From the sequence record PP661417.1: a DNA stretch of 32,000 nucleotides, one strand, 5' to 3'. Below the pieces are notes generated by a model. The model did not search any database and was not told the DNA's origin. It saw nothing but the letters and a program-made list of their open reading frames with translations. Origin of the DNA: Pseudomonas phage Bella. Both the position numbers and the translations under genes were made by a program. Shown in pieces: positions 16,709 through 24,660 of the stretch (position 1 is the stretch's first letter; each line of letters starts with the position of its first letter).

Positions 16709-17545
16709 TCATTCCCCGATGTTCCAGAAAACAATGGGGCCTTTCGGGATCGTCTCCAGATTGGTCGGGTTGCTCAACCACTTCCACGCCTTCAGGTCAT
16801 AGAAGGGGTTGCAGGGGAACGGGGCCGCGGCGTCCCGGGCGGCGTCCGCGTAGCCGTAGCCCTCGTCAATGAACGTGATCCGGTCGCCCAGGGTCAGGCC
16901 CGCGGCCTTCTCGATGTACTCCCGGGAGGCGTCCTGGCTCCGGGAATACCCCATATGGAGGATGACGTTGTAGTGGTCCAGCAGGCCCGCCTCCTCGAAG
17001 CCCTTGAGGACTCCGGCGGCGACCGTCCCGGAGCTGATACTGATGACCAGGGTCCCGGAGCCCGGGAGGTGCGGGGCGGTGCGGACGGCCTCCGCGGCGT
17101 TCTCCGTGATCGACTCCGGCAGCTTCAGGGCGTTCGGCATCAGGTAGCTGTCGGGGTAGTTCTCCCGCAGGTGCTTCTTGGCCGTGTGGTACAGGATCGC
17201 GGAGCGGCCCGCCGGGATGTCCACAAGGGTCGCCCCAAGCTGGCGGGCGTACTGCTGCTGGATGCGCGGGGCGTCCGCGTCCCCGTCGCGCTTGAAGCGG
17301 GGCCAGTAGTCCACGGACTCCTTCCCGAGCTGCTGACAGACGTAGGCGACCGCCCACCCGGCCTTCGAGTGGTAGGTGTCCAGGCAACCAATCGTGGTCT
17401 CAGGCCGGTTCTTGATATGGGCGACCACTCCGCGAATCTTGCTGAAGGACGGACCCGGGAGCGGGGCACACAGGTCCTCGCGCTTCACGAGGATCGGGAC
17501 CCCATTGAGCTCATAGGTTTCGACCGGGGTGTTGTTGACGATCAT
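16709..17545 (-). CDS. PLP-dependent enzyme, fold type II (tryptophan synthase beta / ACC deaminase-like)
   Basis: VPILVKREDLCAPLPGPSFSKIRGVVAHI (KRED...K Schiff-base context), SGSGTV-like PGSGTLVISISSGTVAAGVLKGF phosphate-binding region. Start placed at ATG 17545. Confidence 0.82.
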   Translation of the reverse strand: MIVNNTPVETYELNGVPILVKREDLCAPLPGPSFSKIRGVVAHIKNRPETTIGCLDTYHSKAGWAVAYVCQQLGKESVDYWPRFKRDGDADAPRIQQQYARQLGATLVDIPAGRSAILYHTAKKHLRENYPDSYLMPNALKLPESITENAAEAVRTAPHLPGSGTLVISISSGTVAAGVLKGFEEAGLLDHYNVILHMGYSRSQDASREYIEKAAGLTLGDRITFIDEGYGYADAARDAAAPFPCNPFYDLKAWKWLSNPTNLETIPKGPIVFWNIGE

Positions 17546-17546
17546 C

Positions 17547-18431
<885 letters not shown>

Positions 18432-18695
18432 TCACAAGAATGCGTGACTGATTTTCCCGGACAGGTCCTTCAGGATGTCCCAATCAGAGAATTGGCGACT
18501 GAAGGAAGGCTCCATGCGGACTTCTTTGTTGACGTGAATACGGGAATGGACCGTCAGCCACTTGCTGTCGCCGTCCTCCGTGATCACAACGTGAATCCAC
18601 GGAGGTAGCTTGAAGGGCTCCATTCTGTATCCCCGCTCCGCCGGGTACTCCACCCGGCGGATCAGGTAGTCATAGGTGCGCTCCGAGGCTCCCAT
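18432..18695 (-). CDS. Hypothetical protein (87 aa) adjacent to hypermodification genes
   Basis: MGASERTYDYLIRRVEYPAERGYRMEPFKLPPWIHVVITEDGDSKWLTVHSRIHV...; ATG at 18695 rather than TTG 18713. Confidence 0.6.
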   Translation of the reverse strand: MGASERTYDYLIRRVEYPAERGYRMEPFKLPPWIHVVITEDGDSKWLTVHSRIHVNKEVRMEPSFSRQFSDWDILKDLSGKISHAFL

Positions 18696-18705
18696 GACCC
18701 TTGCC

Positions 18706-19389
18706 TCAGTCAACCAGGCGGGTCTGGCGGGCGTCAGCCTTCGGGGCGGACTTCAGCGGCTTGTGGGCCGGGATCGCGTGGCCTTCCGGGACCACGATGT
18801 GGAACCGCTCCGTGCCGTCAGCGTCGAAGGAGGAGCGGACCCCGTAGCCCTTCAGCTTCATGTCCCAACCGAAGCCGGAGCGGACGGTGGCCTCAGTCCA
18901 GGGCTTGTTGCCGCCGCTCAGGGCGTCAATCAGTTCGGCCATGGTCGCACCGTTCGGGCGGGCCAGCGTGTCCAGAAGGATGGCTTGCTTGGAGCCCTCG
19001 CGGCACGGGATCGGGGCATGGCCCGGGGCGACCAGGTTGGTGCCGCGCGGGGCGCGGGCCTTCTTCTCCGCGGGGGCCTTCGCTGCCTTCGGGGCGGCGA
19101 CGGGGGCGGGGGTGGTGGTTTCGTTCACGGTTTCGACCTTTTGGGGTTCGGCCTTCACCGGCTCTGCCTCAACTTCCGGGTTGGCTTCGGCATAACGCTG
19201 AAGCAGCTTCCAGGTGCGGGACACGGCGGACTTCTTGTCAGCGAATCGGCGGACGTTCGTGACGGACTCGCCGTTGCGGAAGGTGCCCATGACCTCGTTG
19301 TACAGCTCGACCAGGGCCGGGCCGGACAGCTCATTCAGGGAGGCTTCGGTGTAGGCGACGTTGTTGAAGTTGATGGCGGTGGTGTTCAT
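18706..19389 (-). CDS. DUF3489-like DNA-binding-type protein with Ala/Pro/Lys linker
   Basis: C-terminal GSKQAILLDTLARPNGATMAELIDALSGGNKPWTEATVRSGFGWDMKLKGYGVRSSFDADGTERFHIV resembles DUF3489 winged-helix pattern. Confidence 0.68.
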   Translation of the reverse strand: MNTTAINFNNVAYTEASLNELSGPALVELYNEVMGTFRNGESVTNVRRFADKKSAVSRTWKLLQRYAEANPEVEAEPVKAEPQKVETVNETTTPAPVAAPKAAKAPAEKKARAPRGTNLVAPGHAPIPCREGSKQAILLDTLARPNGATMAELIDALSGGNKPWTEATVRSGFGWDMKLKGYGVRSSFDADGTERFHIVVPEGHAIPAHKPLKSAPKADARQTRLVD

Positions 19390-19440
19390 GACAGGCTCCT
19401 TTTCTGGGTTAAGCGGTCTTGCGTTTGCTCGACCGTTGAA

Positions 19441-19474
19441 AGAAGTATAGTGCTACAATCCGAAGAAGTAAAGT
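19441..19474 (-). promoter_or_regulatory. Promoter of repeated family, upstream of DUF3489-like gene and hypermodification cluster
   Basis: Reverse complement ACTTTACTTCTTCGGATTGTAGCACTATACTTCTT; -35 19467-19472, -10 19444-19449, 17-nt spacer. Confidence 0.8.
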
Positions 19475-19525
19475 GGGGCAGGCAACTTTTTTGATTTCCC
19501 CGGGAAACCCCTAGTTGCCCGCCCC
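19475..19525 (-). terminator. Long hairpin between class II RNR stop and the 19.4 kb promoter, putative terminator
   Basis: Arms ggggcaggcaact (19475-19487) / agttgcccgcccc (19513-19525), 13 nt with one mismatch; internal palindrome tttccccgggaaa. Confidence 0.55.
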
Positions 19526-19534
19526 GGCCCTCAC

Positions 19535-21358
19535 TTACTCACACTCACGGCGACCTGTGGCCGGGTCGATGCGGCACTGGCTTGCCGGCTCCTCCGCCGG
19601 GGCGTCCGCTTCGGGCTCGCCGCCGTCATCCTTCACCACGAGGATGCCCGACCGCTTCCCGCCCAGGCGGAAGGTGGTGCAGCCCTTCGCCCCGCCTTCC
19701 CAGGCGCTCACGTACACGTTCTTGAAGTCCTCCCAGCTGATGTCGGAAGGCACGTTGCAGGTCTTGCTCACCGCGGAATCGACCCGCTGGGCGGCGACGG
19801 TCAGGGCGGCGACATGTTCCTGGACGGTGACGCGGGAGCAGGCCTTGCCGCGGACCCCGAACACGCGGGCACCGTAGTCCTCCACCGTCTCCACCCGCGG
19901 GCCGCTGAACTCGATCACGGTGCGGTCGAAGCTGTAGGCGAACACCGGCTCAATCCCGGAGCTGACGTTGTCGGCGCACAGGCTGATGGTCCCGGTCGGG
20001 GCGATGGAAGTGAGGTGGGAGTTGCGGATGCCGTATTTGGCAATGGCGTCCCGCACGTCCTCGCGGAGGGTCTTGATGAACTGGCCCTGAAGGTACTTGT
20101 CCTTGTCGAACTTCGGGAAGGAGCCCTTGACCTTGGCGATGTGGGCGCTGGCCAGGTAGGACTCATCACGCAGCGTGTCCAGCACCTCCGCCTCGAAGGA
20201 GAGGAAGGCGGGCGAACCGTACTCATGGCCCAGGGCTTCGGCGGCGTTGGCCAGGCCGGTGATCCCGAGGCCCATGCGGCGCTTGTCCTTGGCTTCCTGC
20301 TTCTGCTGCGGCAGCGGATAGATCGCGCGATCCACCACGTTGTCCATCGCGCGGACCACCTGCGGGATGTCCTCGCGGTACTGGTCCCAGTCGAAGGCGA
20401 AGCGGCCCGCGCCGTCCTTGTAGATGTACTTGACCAGGTTGAAGGAGCCCAACAAGCAGGCACCGTAGGGCGGGAGCGGTTGCTCACCGCAGGGGTTCGT
20501 GGCGGCGATGGTCTCGCAGTACCAGAGGTTGTTCATGCGGTTGATCGCGTCGATGAACAGCACGCCCGGCTCCGCCCAATCCCAGGTCCCGCGCATGATC
20601 GCGTCCCACAGCGCCCGGGCGTCCACTTCGCGGTAGGTCCGGCCCTCGAAGGTGAGGGGGAACGGCTCGCCGGAGGCGACGCACTCCATGAACTTGTCGG
20701 TGATGGCGACGGAGACGTTGAAGCCGGTCAGCTTCAGGGTCTGCTGGAGGGACATGATCAGCTGCTGCTTCTGGGCTCCTTCCGGGAGTTCGGCCACGAG
20801 GTCCCAGAGCGGCTGAACGTCCTTCCCGGGTTGCTTGGCGTGAATGAACTCCTCAATGTCGGGATGGTCCACGCGCATCACCCCCATCTGGGCTCCGCGG
20901 CGATGGCCGGAGGAGGCGACGCACTTACAGATCGCGTCGAAGATGTGCATGAAGCTGATGGGGCCGGAGGAGTGGGACTGGAGCTTGCGGATCAGGTCGC
21001 CGCGAGGACGGAGGGTGCTGAAGTCATAGCCGATCCCGCCGCCCATCCGCATCGTGGCTGCGGCTTCCGCGGCCCGGACCATGATGGAGCCTTCGCCGTC
21101 CACGAAGCTGTCGTTGATCGTCCCGGAGACATAGCAGTTGTATGGTGTTACCTGGCGGGTGGAGCCCATCGCGGACTGGATGCGGCCCGCCGGGAGGAAG
21201 CGCATGCCCAGGAGGGCGTCCCGGAAGTCCGCGAAGTGCTGGTCATCATCCTTCAGGGCCGCGGCGATCCGGTTCATGGCCTCGCGGAAGGACTCGCCGC
21301 TGCCGCGGTACTTCTGTGAGTGTAGTTCTTGTGAGTGTGGTACTTGGGGACCATGCAT
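19535..21358 (-). CDS. Class II (adenosylcobalamin-dependent) ribonucleotide reductase
   Basis: AMGSTRQVTPYNCYV, NPCGEQPLPPYGACLLGSFNL, PTGTISLCADNVSSGIEPVFA. Start moved to ATG 21358 because AAGGAG lies just upstream. Confidence 0.9.
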   Translation of the reverse strand: MHGPQVPHSQELHSQKYRGSGESFREAMNRIAAALKDDDQHFADFRDALLGMRFLPAGRIQSAMGSTRQVTPYNCYVSGTINDSFVDGEGSIMVRAAEAAATMRMGGGIGYDFSTLRPRGDLIRKLQSHSSGPISFMHIFDAICKCVASSGHRRGAQMGVMRVDHPDIEEFIHAKQPGKDVQPLWDLVAELPEGAQKQQLIMSLQQTLKLTGFNVSVAITDKFMECVASGEPFPLTFEGRTYREVDARALWDAIMRGTWDWAEPGVLFIDAINRMNNLWYCETIAATNPCGEQPLPPYGACLLGSFNLVKYIYKDGAGRFAFDWDQYREDIPQVVRAMDNVVDRAIYPLPQQKQEAKDKRRMGLGITGLANAAEALGHEYGSPAFLSFEAEVLDTLRDESYLASAHIAKVKGSFPKFDKDKYLQGQFIKTLREDVRDAIAKYGIRNSHLTSIAPTGTISLCADNVSSGIEPVFAYSFDRTVIEFSGPRVETVEDYGARVFGVRGKACSRVTVQEHVAALTVAAQRVDSAVSKTCNVPSDISWEDFKNVYVSAWEGGAKGCTTFRLGGKRSGILVVKDDGGEPEADAPAEEPASQCRIDPATGRRECE

Positions 21359-21418
21359 TTTGCGAGACTCCTTGAAAGGTTGTGGGCTTTCTATCATATC
21401 GTTGCTCCTGTTCTTGGG

Positions 21419-22612
21419 CTACATCATAACGAGGTCGATGCGTTCCGCGGCCCGGGTAATGGCGGTGTACAACCATTCCTTCCGGTCCTTCCCGTACCAC
21501 TCGTCAAACAGCAGGACGTTGTTCCACTGGGAGCCCTGCGACTTGTGGACGGTGAGCGCATAGCCATAGTCGAACTCCTCCGCGTCCTTCCGCTCCCAAT
21601 ACTCCGGCTTGTTGCCGTGGAAGTAGTGGGGGTGGGCGCTGACTTCGACCTTCGCGCCGTCCTCGCCTTCGATGTCCATGATGACATAGTCGCCGTCGAA
21701 GATCGTGTCACGGCGGACCTTCCAGAGCTGGCCGTTGAGCAGGCCCACCTCGTGGTTGTTGCGAAGGCACACCAGCTTGTCGCCTTCCTGGGGCAAGGCG
21801 TTCGTCCGCCCGAGGAGTTCCCGGGCACGTCCGTTGCTCGTGATTCTCGTGGCGTTCCTGCCAACGAGAAGCTGGTCAGTGGACAGTACCATGTCCCGGA
21901 GTTCTTCGCGTGGCAGGCGGCCATAGGGAATCACGCGGCTGGCACCGTAGTCGCCGGGGCGGAGCACGCGGCCCTCGCGGACCTCCTTGGACATCCAGAT
22001 GATCGGGTTGTCCTGGGCCTGGCGGTGAATCTCCGTGAGCAGGATGTCGGGCTTGTTCTTGAAGAAGGGCGCGCCGCCCACGGGCGGGAGCTGGCCCGGA
22101 TCGCCCAGGGCGAGGATCGGGCAACCGAAGCTGAGCAAGTCCTCCCCCATCTGTTCGTCAATCATGGAATACTCATCCACCACGAGCAGCGCGGCCTCGA
22201 ACAGCGGCGACTCCGTGTTGAGCTGGAACATCGGGCGGGCGAGGTTGATCTGCTCTGCCTTGATCGCCGCATCGACCTTCTCCACGAGGGTTTCCGGGAC
22301 GGGCTTGTGGGTGAGGAGCCGCGCCCGCTCCGCTTGGAGTTCCTTCAGGCGCTGCTGCGACTTGTCCTTGGGCGTGTAGATGAGCTTGTGAATGGTACTC
22401 ACGTTGGTCGCCCCGGACTTCGTGAGGACGTGAGCGGCCTTGCCGGTGTAGGCGGCGAAGTACACGGGACCGTTGACGGTCGCGGCGAGGTGTTTGGCCA
22501 GGGTGGTCTTGCCGGTTCCGGCGTACCCGGCGAGCTGAAACACTGGCTTGTCCCGGGTCTTGAGCCAACGCCCAACCCGGTCCAGCGCGGTCTGTTGTTG
22601 CGGACTCCACAT
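21419..22612 (-). CDS. Dda/RecD-like SF1 helicase
   Basis: LAGYAGTGKTTLAKHLA, LLVVDEYSMID, LALGDPGQLPPV, YGYALTVHKSQGSQWNNVLLF, YTAITRAAERI. Confidence 0.93.
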   Translation of the reverse strand: MWSPQQQTALDRVGRWLKTRDKPVFQLAGYAGTGKTTLAKHLAATVNGPVYFAAYTGKAAHVLTKSGATNVSTIHKLIYTPKDKSQQRLKELQAERARLLTHKPVPETLVEKVDAAIKAEQINLARPMFQLNTESPLFEAALLVVDEYSMIDEQMGEDLLSFGCPILALGDPGQLPPVGGAPFFKNKPDILLTEIHRQAQDNPIIWMSKEVREGRVLRPGDYGASRVIPYGRLPREELRDMVLSTDQLLVGRNATRITSNGRARELLGRTNALPQEGDKLVCLRNNHEVGLLNGQLWKVRRDTIFDGDYVIMDIEGEDGAKVEVSAHPHYFHGNKPEYWERKDAEEFDYGYALTVHKSQGSQWNNVLLFDEWYGKDRKEWLYTAITRAAERIDLVMM

Positions 22613-22634
22613 GATGATCGTTCTCCGTTTCTGA

Positions 22635-22662
22635 TGAAAAGAAGGGGGCCACGAAGGCCCCC
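22635..22662 (-). terminator. Rho-independent terminator downstream of the 22714..23553 gene
   Basis: Minus strand reads GGGGGCC-TTCGT-GGCCCCC-TTCTTTTC: perfect 7-bp GC stem followed by T-rich tract. Confidence 0.75.
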
Positions 22663-22713
22663 TGAAGGTACGGCCCGAGGGGGCGGGCCGTCCGGGTCGG
22701 TCCTCCCGGTAGA

Positions 22714-23553
22714 TCAGAACACCGGCTTGCCGCCGCCTGCGCCCTGGGCTTCTTCGTCCGCGGAGCCCGGAGCCTGCGACTCATAGGCAGCGCGGGCCTT
22801 GCCCTGCTCGATCATCGACTTGATGCTCACCGCGGCCTGGAACAGCGGGTCATCAGGCAGGAGGCGAGCCTGCTGGGCGTTCTCGCCGTCGAAGGCGATG
22901 GCGTCCCAGTTGAAGAACTGGCCCTTGTTGTTCTTCTCGCTCACGGTCTTGAGGCGGTAGCGGTGGGCGAACAGCGGAGCCGGAATGCGGCGACCGTCCG
23001 GCAGCGGAATCTGGATGGTCTTGGCCTTGGTCATCCAGCCCTTGTACTTCTTGATCTTCGTGGAGCTGAAGGCCAGGACCGCTTCCGAGGCGTTGCCGTC
23101 ATCATCCAGCGCGATGCCGTACACATAGAAGGTTTCGATCAGCTCGTTGCCGTCCGGGGTGTTGTACTTGCCATACTCCGAGGACGCTGCCTTGGCGTGG
23201 TTCACCAGATCGCTGTTGACTTCGTGGATGCCCACGAAACCGCCGCCCGCGTCGCGGGGCTTCCACTCCACGTACACGTGCTGGGTGGTCGCCGGGACGA
23301 AGGCAATGCCCTTCTTGCCGTCCCAGACTTCGCCGGTCACGGTGTTCAGGATCATGCCCTGGCGCAGGCTGTCGTTCTCCTGGAGCTGCGGGCTGAGGGC
23401 CTGAAGAATCTGGAGGAACGGGATGCTGTAGTCATCGCTGGTCTGGTTCTCGAAACCCGCGCCCGCGTAGTCGGCATATGCGCCATACTCCGCCATTGCG
23501 GTGTTCTGTTCCTTCACTGCGACATCGGTGGTCTTGCTTTCGGTCTTGGCCAT
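22714..23553 (-). CDS. Phage replication/recombination-associated protein, possibly ssDNA-binding (279 aa)
   Basis: ORF start at MAKTESKTTD (23553); acidic, Gly-rich tail (DEEAQGAGGGKPVF); position between helicases. Family assignment weak. Confidence 0.55.
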   Translation of the reverse strand: MAKTESKTTDVAVKEQNTAMAEYGAYADYAGAGFENQTSDDYSIPFLQILQALSPQLQENDSLRQGMILNTVTGEVWDGKKGIAFVPATTQHVYVEWKPRDAGGGFVGIHEVNSDLVNHAKAASSEYGKYNTPDGNELIETFYVYGIALDDDGNASEAVLAFSSTKIKKYKGWMTKAKTIQIPLPDGRRIPAPLFAHRYRLKTVSEKNNKGQFFNWDAIAFDGENAQQARLLPDDPLFQAAVSIKSMIEQGKARAAYESQAPGSADEEAQGAGGGKPVF

Positions 23554-23694
23554 GATAGGCTCCTTTGGTTCAATGTGAGCGGGTCGATTGGGCCCCCGGT
23601 CGAATAGCCCTGCCGTCTCACCGGCTGTACCCGCTGTCACCCGCGGGGCGGTTCGGTTGGGAGGAAGGCCCGGGGCCGTCCTCCGGCATTCTGG

Positions 23695-24240
23695 TCACAC
23701 TTCGATCTTGGACACGCGCTGACGATGGACCCCGAACAGGTCCAGGGGGACTTCCTCGCCTTCACGCAGCTTCTCGCGGACGAAAGCGGCAAGGGTCGAA
23801 GGATGGACACTGGCGTTGTCGTCCACCTCGAACTCGTCCGCGAGACGCTGGCGCAGTTCGTCAGCCTTCTCGTCCTCGCCCTTGCCGAAGGCGACGGCGA
23901 CCACACGCTTGATCATCGCGGCATGGCCGTTCTGCTTGAGCCAGGCGAAGGCGAGCGGGGCCTTGGCCTTCGGGATGCTGGCGCGGATCGTCTCGTCAAT
24001 CTTGATCTTCAGGCCGGTGGTGGTCTTGAACTCGCCAATGCCGATCTGGTCCATGAGTTCAGGCACCTGGCGCTCCGCGATGTCGCGGAGTTCTTCGCGG
24101 GCCTTGTTGAGTTGGGCTTCGAGGTCTGAGACCTTCAACTGAGCAGCGGCCTGTTGTTCGGCCAGCTGGGTGAGTTGGCTCAGTTCGCCACCGGCGGTCT
24201 GGGGCTGGACATAGTCCAGGTATGCGTTTTCACTTGACAT
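23695..24240 (-). CDS. Hypothetical phage protein with N-terminal coiled coil
   Basis: MSSENAYLDYVQP...LTQLAEQQAAAQLKVSDLEAQLNKAREELRDIAERQVPELMDQIGIGEFKTTTG; trimmed to ATG 24240. Confidence 0.65.
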   Translation of the reverse strand: MSSENAYLDYVQPQTAGGELSQLTQLAEQQAAAQLKVSDLEAQLNKAREELRDIAERQVPELMDQIGIGEFKTTTGLKIKIDETIRASIPKAKAPLAFAWLKQNGHAAMIKRVVAVAFGKGEDEKADELRQRLADEFEVDDNASVHPSTLAAFVREKLREGEEVPLDLFGVHRQRVSKIEV

Positions 24241-24284
24241 AGGGTTCTCCGTTTCTTCGGTGAGGGGGTATCCCAATCACGCTG

Positions 24285-24319
24285 AAGAAGTATAGCCGGT
24301 CAATCGGAAGAAGTAAAGA
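24285..24319 (-). promoter_or_regulatory. Promoter of repeated family, overlapping the 3' end of ORF 24300..24653
   Basis: Reverse complement CTCTTTACTTCTTCCGATTGACCGGCTATACTTCT; -35 24312-24317, -10 24289-24294, 17-nt spacer. Confidence 0.78.
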
Positions 24320-24653
24320 GGCCCGAGGCATCCACCGCGATGTAGCGTTGGTCCTTGCCGCTCCACTGGAGCAGGGACACGTCCCCGTCATTGGCGTCCG
24401 CGGCGATAGCGACGGCGAACCCGATCAGGACCGGATTGCCCACGAGCAGGAGGTGGTCCCCCGGCCCGAAGTCGGCCAGCTTCTCCTTCAGCTCGTCAAT
24501 GATAGGCTCCGGGCGGAACGGGGCCGCGGTCGGGCTGAGCAAGTACACCAGCTCACCGAACTCCTCCGCCGGGGCGAGGTTGAATTTGGGCTCGAACCGC
24601 TGCTTGTCGCGGTCCCAGCGGTGTTGGTTCTGTACAACAAATACACGGCCCAT
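24300..24653 (-). CDS. Hypothetical phage protein (117 aa)
   Basis: MGRVFVVQNQHRWDRDKQRFEPKFNLAPAEEFGELVYLLSPTAAPF...; protein-like ORF in the gene array. Confidence 0.65.
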   Translation of the reverse strand: MGRVFVVQNQHRWDRDKQRFEPKFNLAPAEEFGELVYLLSPTAAPFRPEPIIDELKEKLADFGPGDHLLLVGNPVLIGFAVAIAADANDGDVSLLQWSGKDQRYIAVDASGLFTSSD

Positions 24654-24660
24654 AGTAGTC

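Noticed and set aside
19814-22786. Long plus-strand ORFs (501 and 483 aa) opposite RNR and helicase
   Set aside because: Antisense to strongly supported genes, low-complexity composition, no start/SD support.
23560-23694. Imperfect hairpin around gaggaaggcccggggccgtcctcc as a terminator
   Set aside because: Stem has mismatches and lacks a T-rich tail on either strand.
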